Source: a virus
Lineage: Duplodnaviria > Heunggongvirae > Uroviricota > Caudoviricetes
DNA length: 64,000 nucleotides
Strand: one strand, 5' to 3'
IMG/VR virus record: IMGVR_UViG_3300020577_007233
Span: 1 to 64,000 of that record
A program made the position numbers and the translations under genes. Below the pieces are notes generated by a model. That model was not told the DNA's origin, made no database searches, and worked only from the letters and a program-made list of their open reading frames with translations. Shown in pieces: positions 37,422 to 45,737 of the stretch (positions within the stretch are counted from its first letter, which is position 1; every line of letters begins with the position of its first letter).

Positions 37422-38831
37422 TCAATACCTATCAACTCCGCCAGCATCCTCAGTAACATCTCGGTCTTCAAACAACTCGGTATTAACAACCTCTTCAATA
37501 GCTGGAACTGCTACTTCTTCGCCAAAGAAATCTTGTTCTTGAACGAAATACTTATCATCAAAACCAAGGAATCGTTCCCAAATCAAGTCATACTTCAAAG
37601 GATCTGGTCCGTAAGAAATGCCTATAGCTCTAAGAAGAACGCTAGCATAACCAGAACCTCGACCACACCCTGTTAGGATGTTCTGATCCTTAGCTTTCTG
37701 TATGTAGTCTCTAACGATCAAGAAATAAGTCGCAAAGTCATACTTGTTATTTTCCCAAGCAACTCTTACGTCCTCAAGTTCTCGCTTAAGTCTTTCAACA
37801 TGCGGAGGGCTTCTATCCCATCCCAATTTCTTCATTCCCTCCCATGAAAGGTGAGAAAGATAGTCAAACGGAGAAGCAAACCCTTCCGGCATTTTGTACC
37901 TAGGCAAACGCATGCCTGAATTCATATTGGTCCAAATGTCCTTTGCGTCAACCTTGTCAGCAACAGTTACGGTATTCAGCAAGAACTCTGGATGAGAACC
38001 AAACATAACAGCCATCTCAGCGGCTGACTTCATGTAAAATTCATGGTAAGGGAAATGCAAGTGCTTTGGATCGTGCAAGCATCTACTTGTAGACATGCAC
38101 ATAAGAATTTCTTGCGAGAGTCCGTGTTCTTTCTTGCAGTAGTGACAGTCATTGGTAGCAATAATCGGAACGTTCATGTCCTTTCCGATTTTAATGATAT
38201 CTGGAATGATCATAGCTTCTGCATCAATGCCATGATACATAACTTCCAAATGGAAGTCTTCCTTGAAGATGTCCTTGAAGATGCCAACAGCTTTCCTTGC
38301 CTCTTCAACTCTACCATGAAGAATGTTTGCGTTGATTACGCTGCTCAAGCAAGCTGAGTTGCACATAAGACCTTCGCTATGCTTGGCAAGAAGCGGAAGG
38401 TCAATACGAGGGTCAATATACCATCCCTCTGTCCAAGACTGCTGAGAAAGGGCGCAAAGATTCTGCCACCCCTTCCAGTTTTTGGCTATCAACACAAGGT
38501 GTCTATTACCCTTGCGACCCTCTGTTTGGCCTTTGATAACTTTAGTACCTTCTCTTTTTTCAGTAAAGCGAAGGTTTCTGTCTTTGGATAAGTAGAATTC
38601 GCATCCAACAATAGGCTTGATGTCAAAGTTCTTTTCTTTGTCATTCCAGCAAGATTGAATGAACTTGACTGCTCCACCGATATTTCCGTGGTCAGTTAAG
38701 GCTAGGGCTTTGAATCCCATCTCTTTTGCAGATTTAGCAAATCCTGAAAGCTTATTCAGCCCGTCAAAAGACGAGTATTCCGAGTGGTTGTGAAGATGCA
38801 CAAAATCCGCATTGGTTATCGTTCTGCTCAT
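37422..38831 (-). CDS. dnaE: DNA polymerase III alpha, N-terminal part (PHP domain plus first part of palm)
   Basis: FVHLHNHSEYS, ALTDHG, KPIVGCE, TNDCHY, YFLIVRD, GRGS, WERFL. Confidence 0.93.
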   Translation of the reverse strand: MSRTITNADFVHLHNHSEYSSFDGLNKLSGFAKSAKEMGFKALALTDHGNIGGAVKFIQSCWNDKEKNFDIKPIVGCEFYLSKDRNLRFTEKREGTKVIKGQTEGRKGNRHLVLIAKNWKGWQNLCALSQQSWTEGWYIDPRIDLPLLAKHSEGLMCNSACLSSVINANILHGRVEEARKAVGIFKDIFKEDFHLEVMYHGIDAEAMIIPDIIKIGKDMNVPIIATNDCHYCKKEHGLSQEILMCMSTSRCLHDPKHLHFPYHEFYMKSAAEMAVMFGSHPEFLLNTVTVADKVDAKDIWTNMNSGMRLPRYKMPEGFASPFDYLSHLSWEGMKKLGWDRSPPHVERLKRELEDVRVAWENNKYDFATYFLIVRDYIQKAKDQNILTGCGRGSGYASVLLRAIGISYGPDPLKYDLIWERFLGFDDKYFVQEQDFFGEEVAVPAIEEVVNTELFEDRDVTEDAGGVDRY

Positions 38832-38875
38832 AGTACCAATTCGTCATTGTACCGAACAGCCTTTTGCGAAACACT

Positions 38876-39223
38876 CTACGACAAATCCAGAGTGTCTCCC
38901 TTGTTGACTGTCTCTTTCTTCATAAAGATTTCAGATGGAGAAACCGTTGAGCTTATATAGTCAATATTCTCAATAGGAACTTTCTTAACAACCAAGCTGT
39001 GAGTTGAATTGATAACAGTCAGATCAAAGGTATCTTCGGATACAAGGTTTATCCTGACCCTTTCGTGAGATGTAGGCATAGAATGGGCATCTCGCCTGTA
39101 CGAGATAGAAATATCAGTTCTTGCCTTATGGAAGTTTTGAAGCAAAGTTCTAATGGCTTCTTTGTCTTCAACTTGCTCATCAGCAATAACCTGAATTGTC
39201 ATTTGCTTACGAACGTATCTCAT
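38876..39223 (-). CDS. hypothetical protein
   Basis: 115-aa ORF. Confidence 0.6.
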   Translation of the reverse strand: MRYVRKQMTIQVIADEQVEDKEAIRTLLQNFHKARTDISISYRRDAHSMPTSHERVRINLVSEDTFDLTVINSTHSLVVKKVPIENIDYISSTVSPSEIFMKKETVNKGDTLDLS

Positions 39224-39225
39224 GG

Positions 39226-39504
39226 TTAGCCATGCTTTCTCGGATCGAATCTTTCTCGAATGCCTTTGGTTTTGTCGCTAACCCACTTTGGCTTAGTCTT
39301 GCGTATATGATCTCGAACATCAGAGCATCTTTCCCAAGCTGGTCTGCCATCTCTAACCGATGGGGCCGAAATAGCACGCCTAACAGCCTTGCCTGTTTCA
39401 GGGTGCTTTACTAGAGCTTCATCGCTCATTTTCTGCAAAATCTCAAAGCGTTCACCAGTTGGCTCGCCTTTGTCATCGAGGATTTCATACTCATAGAATG
39501 GCAT
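39226..39504 (-). CDS. FmdB-family protein (cysteine-less variant)
   Basis: MPFYEYE...ERFEILQKMSD...HPETGKAVRRAIS. Confidence 0.8.
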   Translation of the reverse strand: MPFYEYEILDDKGEPTGERFEILQKMSDEALVKHPETGKAVRRAISAPSVRDGRPAWERCSDVRDHIRKTKPKWVSDKTKGIRERFDPRKHG

Positions 39505-39722
39505 TATCTACTATAACCTTCACACTGAGCAACTATTGATGCTCCGCCTTTTTTCTTGTAAACCTTCCAGTTTACCTTTGAGCCAAATACGGTGACACTA
39601 ACTGGCTCTATTGGATTAGAGCAATCTTTTGTTTCGCAGTTATTACAAAGAGGAACAATTGGACCCATTGGGCCAATTGGCAGTCTATCAAGCGGGATTA
39701 GTTTGCACTTATAGTTGTTCAT
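39504..39722 (-). CDS. small Cys-rich hypothetical protein
   Basis: CNNC...C. Confidence 0.6.
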   Translation of the reverse strand: MNNYKCKLIPLDRLPIGPMGPIVPLCNNCETKDCSNPIEPVSVTVFGSKVNWKVYKKKGGASIVAQCEGYSR

Positions 39723-40342
39723 TTCTTACGAATGACTTTTTCCTGCGGCTTGGCTTTTGAAAGAGCTTTCTGTCTTTCAGACAGGATTGACTGAGCCTCT
39801 TCTTCTGTAAGCTGCACTTGATTTGCTGTATTAGAAAGAGTTTGCATAGGAATAGCTCCTTCTATGCTATCTTGAATGCCTTGAATTCGCTCTTGTTCCT
39901 GTTTTAATAGGTCTTGCATATCTTCGGGAGCATCTTCAAAATCTTCGCCGCTATCTTCCTCAAGATCTACTTCTACAACATTTTTGATTTGCTTGTTGCC
40001 AACTTTCAGTGGATTCACTTTGGGTTTAGCAACAGCAATATTGGGTCTAGGAAGGGGAGTGCGAGAGACTGGTGCTGCTGTTGTTTTTGGAAGCCTTTGC
40101 GGAGCAGCAGGCGCTGGCAGAGAACGTCTTCCTTCAATGATTCCTTGTTCAACAAGAAAATCTGAAACTTCGGAGAACATTCCAGCAGGAAAACTGATTG
40201 CAGGTTCCCCTTCTTCGGAAAGGACCGTTATGGTTGGACCATACTCCTCGCTGCTATGAAAGCGAAGAGTAATAGAATACGGGTGATCGTTAGACTCAAA
40301 TTCGTATTCGAAGTCAATCTTTTTGTTCGACTTTATTGCCAT
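39719..40342 (-). CDS. hypothetical protein
   Basis: 207-aa ORF. Confidence 0.65.
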   Translation of the reverse strand: MAIKSNKKIDFEYEFESNDHPYSITLRFHSSEEYGPTITVLSEEGEPAISFPAGMFSEVSDFLVEQGIIEGRRSLPAPAAPQRLPKTTAAPVSRTPLPRPNIAVAKPKVNPLKVGNKQIKNVVEVDLEEDSGEDFEDAPEDMQDLLKQEQERIQGIQDSIEGAIPMQTLSNTANQVQLTEEEAQSILSERQKALSKAKPQEKVIRKK

Positions 40343-40538
40343 GTGTTTCCCCTAATATCTTTCTTCGCAAATACTCTCTTATGATGTTTTGCGCTACAAC
40401 GAGTTTTTCTTCATGTTCCCTGACAAACTTGGGCTTAGTTTCTGGAGGAATGTATTTTTCGCAACCATAACAAATGGTTCCATAAACATTGTCTCTTTCA
40501 GCATTCTGAGAACCGCAAAATGGACAAGAAAAACCCAT
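40314..40538 (-). CDS. zinc-ribbon protein
   Basis: CPFC...CYGC. Confidence 0.6.
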   Translation of the reverse strand: MGFSCPFCGSQNAERDNVYGTICYGCEKYIPPETKPKFVREHEEKLVVAQNIIREYLRRKILGETHGNKVEQKD

Positions 40539-40539
40539 A

Positions 40540-41007
40540 TCAACTGTTATCGTCATTATCGTCGCTAGTGGCTGAATCAAACTCTCTATCCAGTCTAGTT
40601 CCAAACTTCTTATCTAAATGATCAGAATCAACAATATAGGTTTCCCACTCTTTCTTCCAAAAGGGAAGCCAAGCATCAACAACCGAAGGCAAAGGCTCTG
40701 GCGTTTTCCAACCATATTCGTTTGCCCAGTAGGTCAGAAACCGTATATCTTGATTGTGAAGATCTCTAGTAGACGGGTAGTATTCAGCAATATATACTTT
40801 GCCAGTATTGTAGAAATGACAAATCATACCAACATAGCCAAATGGACTCATAATAGTGACTGTTGACCTAATCATCCAGTCTTTTTTCTTGCCTTCAGCG
40901 CCCGTTTTAGCTATATCAGAAGACATTATTTCACAAACTTTGTCGAAGCGACCATTCGCTTCAAGCATAGTTAAATCATTGAACTGAACATCAAACTCAA
41001 CTTCCAT
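40540..41007 (-). CDS. hypothetical protein
   Basis: ORF in tiling. Confidence 0.6.
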   Translation of the reverse strand: MEVEFDVQFNDLTMLEANGRFDKVCEIMSSDIAKTGAEGKKKDWMIRSTVTIMSPFGYVGMICHFYNTGKVYIAEYYPSTRDLHNQDIRFLTYWANEYGWKTPEPLPSVVDAWLPFWKKEWETYIVDSDHLDKKFGTRLDREFDSATSDDNDDNS

Positions 41008-41866
41008 TAAGAATGTCCTCTTGCGGCAGTTCTTCCTTATTACCATTTCGCTCTTTTACCTGAGCGATTCTCTGAGAACGAGGAACATAGTCGCTAGCAA
41101 GTATATCGTCAAAAGAGTTAATCCGTTCAATAGCGTACTTAACATCTTTCTCAGAATTATCTATTCCAATGTAGTTTCTGCCAAGCATCTTGGCTACAAA
41201 ACCAGTTGTTCCTGTTCCCATAAAGGGGTCAACAACCGTGTTACCTCTATATGAGAAAAGTTTGATAATTCTTGTGGCAAGCTCTTCAGGAAATGGAGCG
41301 GGATGATCGTTGTGATTTTTTGTTTCTGGCTGAATAAACCATGTACTGAAAGTCCATTCTTGAAACTCTTCAGGAGTCATGTCTGAAAGCTCTTGATCTC
41401 CCTCAAGCTTCCAGTCGCCTTTTGACCAAACAAGAACGTATTCATGATTTCTTCTAATTGCAGGGTTAGAACAAGACATATAGGAACCGAAAGCTGTAGC
41501 TCTACCAGACCAGTTCTGCTTGTACCAACAAATTTCGGTCCTAAACTTCAGCCCAATTTCTCTTGCAATATTAACCAGATCGCCGTATATTGGCCTCATA
41601 TACTCATCATCATCTTGCCTATTCCTAACTGAATCTATGTTGATAACAAGCCTGCCTCCATTGACAAGTATTCTTTCGCTCTCTACGAATATCTTTTTCA
41701 ACCAATCAACATAAACCTTGTATGGATCATCATCATTACGATTACGATAACCTTCAAGCTGAATGTTATAAGGCGGAGAAGAAAAAACAAGGTGAACGCT
41801 ATTGCTTGGTATTTTAGCAAGACCATCAAGAACATCATCAAGCATTACTGTATTCAAAACGCTCAT
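40997..41866 (-). CDS. beta-class N4/N6 DNA methyltransferase
   Basis: SSPPY, HPAPFP, DPFMGTGTT. Confidence 0.92.
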   Translation of the reverse strand: MSVLNTVMLDDVLDGLAKIPSNSVHLVFSSPPYNIQLEGYRNRNDDDPYKVYVDWLKKIFVESERILVNGGRLVINIDSVRNRQDDDEYMRPIYGDLVNIAREIGLKFRTEICWYKQNWSGRATAFGSYMSCSNPAIRRNHEYVLVWSKGDWKLEGDQELSDMTPEEFQEWTFSTWFIQPETKNHNDHPAPFPEELATRIIKLFSYRGNTVVDPFMGTGTTGFVAKMLGRNYIGIDNSEKDVKYAIERINSFDDILASDYVPRSQRIAQVKERNGNKEELPQEDILNGS

Positions 41867-41868
41867 AT

Positions 41869-42636
41869 TTACTCCAAAAGAATATCAACTTTTACTGCAT
41901 CAAGCCGTGATCTAGTTATTTCGATTGCTTTTGAGTTTTTGTCGCTTCCAACCACGAATCTATCTAAGCTCAATCCTGCTTCTAGAAAAGAACCACTGCC
42001 ACAAAAGGGGTCGAGTATTCTGTCTTTAGGATTGCTCCAGGTTTCAACAATTCGCTGCATCAGTTTTAACGGCTTCTGTGTCGCATACCCAGTTTTCTCT
42101 GGCTCGTTTCGACATATCGCAGGAATGTCAATCCACCAATCCTCAAGCAATTTTCCCCTCTTTTCGTAATGCTCCCAAGGAATCTTGTCCTTGGACCAGG
42201 CAGCATCACCGCCAACATGCATTTTGGTCTTATACGGAATTCTTGGCTGATTGAAGACGTAGTTTCCTGTTCCATACCATAAGATCGTATTATGCTTGCG
42301 AGGGAGCCATCTTTTAGCGCTTGCAGGATTACTAAAGCACCATATGATTTCGTTCCTGTAATTATCCCGTCCAAAAAGTTCATCCATTATCACCTTTATG
42401 TAGTGAATTGCTTTCCCGTCCATATGCACAAGTATATTGGCATCTGGATTCATAAGTTTCTTGATATTGAATAGCCTGTCCTTCATGTAAGCAAGAAAAC
42501 CCTCAAAAGTATCACCAACACCATAGTAAATATCCTCAGACTCGCAACTATAGGGAGGGTCAAGATATACCAAGGAAACTGGATCAGTGAGCAGTTCCTT
42601 GCAGTCAACATTATGAAGCTCATAATTACTTTTCAT
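41869..42636 (-). CDS. beta-class N6-adenine DNA methyltransferase
   Basis: LDPPY, NEIIW, YATQKP, DPFCGSG. Confidence 0.92.
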   Translation of the reverse strand: MKSNYELHNVDCKELLTDPVSLVYLDPPYSCESEDIYYGVGDTFEGFLAYMKDRLFNIKKLMNPDANILVHMDGKAIHYIKVIMDELFGRDNYRNEIIWCFSNPASAKRWLPRKHNTILWYGTGNYVFNQPRIPYKTKMHVGGDAAWSKDKIPWEHYEKRGKLLEDWWIDIPAICRNEPEKTGYATQKPLKLMQRIVETWSNPKDRILDPFCGSGSFLEAGLSLDRFVVGSDKNSKAIEITRSRLDAVKVDILLE

Positions 42637-43261
42637 AAGCCCTCAAGTTACGAATGTTTTGTATCTCTTCCTGCTTCATTTTTTCAATATACATAAGATA
42701 CCTTTGCTTAGTTCTCTTAGGCAATGCATTAGACAATTGCTCAAGCTCTTCAAGATTCTGTATTAGAACCAAACTATCAGTTAAAGAAAAGACCTTTTCG
42801 GCTATGTCTAGTTCCTCTTTATCAAAATTCACTCTAACCAGAAAGTCATGCATATGAACTCCGATGAAAAGAGACGCAGCGAGTATAGACTCGCTCTTAT
42901 CTGTCTTTTCGTCAGAATTGATAGTGATGATTATTTCCCTAAGCAATGAATCGAGAACATCGTCGATGTTGATATTCAAGCCAGCGGAAAGTTTCTTGAT
43001 TGAATCTTTTATTGATATCTGTTCATATGCAGCAACAAGCTGAATAATGCTGCCAGCGTGTTTGCATCCATAACAATAAAAATCCTGCCTATCAGGCTTG
43101 TCATAGACAAAGAATGATGGAGTGTTGTCATTGTTATGTCCTGGCAAAGGACAACGATATCTCAGTCTATCACCATCTTGACTCGCGCAGCGTATGCCCT
43201 TAGACGTTAGATAGTCTGTAATTTTTGCTGACTTAGCTATAGTGTCAAGAATAAAGCTCAT
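42626..43261 (-). CDS. CHC2 primase zinc-finger protein (separate N-terminal half of DnaG) plus helical extension
   Basis: CPLPGH.....PSF...FYCYGC. Confidence 0.85.
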   Translation of the reverse strand: MSFILDTIAKSAKITDYLTSKGIRCASQDGDRLRYRCPLPGHNNDNTPSFFVYDKPDRQDFYCYGCKHAGSIIQLVAAYEQISIKDSIKKLSAGLNINIDDVLDSLLREIIITINSDEKTDKSESILAASLFIGVHMHDFLVRVNFDKEELDIAEKVFSLTDSLVLIQNLEELEQLSNALPKRTKQRYLMYIEKMKQEEIQNIRNLRAYEK

Positions 43262-43269
43262 CTATAGTT

Positions 43270-44835
43270 TCAGAAGAAGTCTTCTGCCTTTTGGGATGAT
43301 TTAGGCTTCTTTGTTAGCGGCGCTGGAGGGGGTGTCGGATCGAAAGACAAATCTAAGTCTGGATTTTTTGGTATGCCGTCATCCGCTTTCTTGATGAACT
43401 CCGAAACTTCTGGATCTATACCATAGGCAGAGATATTCAAATCAATAGGTGCCGAAACTTTTCCAATGCTCGCATGAACCTCAAGAGTTGCCTTTGTTTC
43501 GTTACGGAACTTGCCAAACATGGTTGAGCCGTATCTTGACTTGACACAGAACAAGTAAAGCTTTTCTTTAGGTTGATCTGGATGAGGAAACTGAACATAG
43601 ATGTTATCTGCATCAGCAGAGAAGTCGTGAGAACCCCTCAGCGCATCCGAACCAACAGTTTGTTTGCCGTCCTTTTGGTTGCGAAGAGACTTAATCGCTT
43701 CTCTGTTCAACTGAACAGCCGAAACAACGCCAAAACCCATTTTGCGCCCAAGCTGTCGAAGATCCTTGCACATCTGACCATACCAACTGTGTTCAGCGAG
43801 CTTCTGATACCAAGTCTCTGGACTAAGAATAGAGATATAGTCAACAATAACAACGCGAGGCTTGAAGAAATGCTTACGCTTCTCTAGCTCGGCTCTAATC
43901 TTTGATACTGTCATTCTTTCTTGAGCATCAAGAATAGCAAACTTGGAGCTTATCATCTTGAACGACTCGGCAGCCGTTTTGATCTTCATCTTATCTTCTG
44001 GTTTCAACAAATCTGGCTTGCTTATTCTTTCTGAATCAACGCCAGATTCTCTTGAAATCAATCTCTGCATAAGTCTGTTTTTGGGCATTTCAAGAGAAAC
44101 ATAAAGTACATTTTCATTGTTAAGCTTACATACGTTCAGTCCTATGTTAATCATAGTCGCAGACTTAAAACCACCAACATCTGCAACAATAAGAGTAAGA
44201 GAACCTGGATCTAATCCCATTGGCATAGTTTCATCAAAAGGCTTGATACCTGTTGGCAGAACTTTCTTGGGGTTCTTGATCTCTTCCTCAACGGAATTGT
44301 ACCATTCGTCTGCAAATTCATCTACATTAACCCAAGAAGCGGCTGATGTATCGCTTGAACTTGATATAAGAAGGCTAAGGTTTTCGGAGAAATTCTGTAC
44401 AGCCGAAAGATAGTTCTGAGACTGTTCCTTTTGGAACTTGTCAAACAAAATACTACTTTCAACCTTGATAAATTGTTCTCTAACCTTGCGGCATATTAGC
44501 TGAAAGTCTGCCGAATCAACCTTGTCTAAATTGACAACAAGCTGAAAGACTCTCTTCTCGTTTGTATGAGCAATAATAGTGCTTTCAATATCAGTTCCGG
44601 TCCACTTTCGATAGTCGCCGTTAGAAGCTGCCCTGTTTACAAAGTCTAGATAGTAGTTTTCGGTAAACTGCTGAGAGTTCTTATGAGCATCTTCAATAGC
44701 ATAAACAAGAGGTCTAAACTTGTGAGCAAAATACTCTGGACCTAGTTCAAGTGATAGAAACTCTGGAATGAATTTCTGATCGTTAATAAGAAGATTTAGC
44801 AGTTTTTCTTGCGATTCTGATTCAGTTATTGCCAT
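43270..44835 (-). CDS. dnaB: DnaB-like replicative helicase
   Basis: PTG, ADVGGFKS (Walker A variant), SLEM, VDY, AVQLNR, DAD, KSRYG. Confidence 0.88.
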   Translation of the reverse strand: MAITESESQEKLLNLLINDQKFIPEFLSLELGPEYFAHKFRPLVYAIEDAHKNSQQFTENYYLDFVNRAASNGDYRKWTGTDIESTIIAHTNEKRVFQLVVNLDKVDSADFQLICRKVREQFIKVESSILFDKFQKEQSQNYLSAVQNFSENLSLLISSSSDTSAASWVNVDEFADEWYNSVEEEIKNPKKVLPTGIKPFDETMPMGLDPGSLTLIVADVGGFKSATMINIGLNVCKLNNENVLYVSLEMPKNRLMQRLISRESGVDSERISKPDLLKPEDKMKIKTAAESFKMISSKFAILDAQERMTVSKIRAELEKRKHFFKPRVVIVDYISILSPETWYQKLAEHSWYGQMCKDLRQLGRKMGFGVVSAVQLNREAIKSLRNQKDGKQTVGSDALRGSHDFSADADNIYVQFPHPDQPKEKLYLFCVKSRYGSTMFGKFRNETKATLEVHASIGKVSAPIDLNISAYGIDPEVSEFIKKADDGIPKNPDLDLSFDPTPPPAPLTKKPKSSQKAEDFF

Positions 44836-45691
44836 TTTGTACTCCCACAGGTATCAACCAAGTATCTTTGGCAGTAACCATTTTCTGAAAACTGTAACCA
44901 AGCGACGTAGTATAGTCTTTATCGAAAGCATCAAATTCACAAATCAATATTGTAGGAAGTTTCGCCTCCATCCTTGACATCAAGAAATCATCAAAAGTCG
45001 TCAGGAAATTCTGATGATTAAAGTCGTTTGATGTTGCTGTTTCGCTGATATCGTCAATACACAACCAATCGCATTCTTTGAGGTCACTGCCTCGTTCCGT
45101 CTTAAGCCTAAGATCTTGCTTTAGTGTTTGATATGAAACTAGAGCGTATGTATCTGCTCTATTCGTATTGTATAGTCTGCGCCAAATTGCTTCTTTCAAA
45201 ACCAAGCAACCAATAAGAGTCTTGCCAGTAGGCATTGACTTTAGCGGTAATCCGCCTTTCTTGGCTTTTACAGGCGAACCATGAATAACCATATTAGCTC
45301 CCTCAAGGAACCTGTTATCCATTTTGGATGCTCTATTGTAGTCTTCTCTTGATACAAACAAGCTTGGGTCTGCATCGCCAAACAAGAACTCGCCAAGAAT
45401 CTTTTGGATTGTTAGCTTATTCTCTTTCCAAACGTCTATTTCTGAACCATCTTTTGATATGATGGCTCCTCTAGCATTATGAAAATTCAGATCCCTATAC
45501 TGCTCAGGAATGATATGGTCAATCAGTCCTCTAACCTCAGCAAATCTGCGACAGAAACACCCGCCCGCTCTGCTGCACTCATCGTTTCCTTTGTAATACT
45601 GACAAACATCAGGCGTACCATCAGCCTTTTTACCTGCTGTTCTGTAAAAGTTGAAACGATAATACTTGATAAGTGTACTAAGGTCTAGCAT
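44822..45691 (-). CDS. DnaC/IstB-like helicase loader ATPase
   Basis: Cys cluster, IPEQY, PTGKT, LCIDD, SR...LPTI; adjacent to dnaB. Confidence 0.65.
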   Translation of the reverse strand: MLDLSTLIKYYRFNFYRTAGKKADGTPDVCQYYKGNDECSRAGGCFCRRFAEVRGLIDHIIPEQYRDLNFHNARGAIISKDGSEIDVWKENKLTIQKILGEFLFGDADPSLFVSREDYNRASKMDNRFLEGANMVIHGSPVKAKKGGLPLKSMPTGKTLIGCLVLKEAIWRRLYNTNRADTYALVSYQTLKQDLRLKTERGSDLKECDWLCIDDISETATSNDFNHQNFLTTFDDFLMSRMEAKLPTILICEFDAFDKDYTTSLGYSFQKMVTAKDTWLIPVGVQNGNN

Positions 45692-45737
45692 AAATGACTT
45701 TTCGGCTTACTAAAGAATGAGCTAACAACAAAGCACG

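Noticed and set aside
32588-38831. Cyanobacterial-type split DnaE intein
   Set aside because: No N-intein (Cys1/block B) or C-intein (HN/SN-Cys) sequences at the fragment ends
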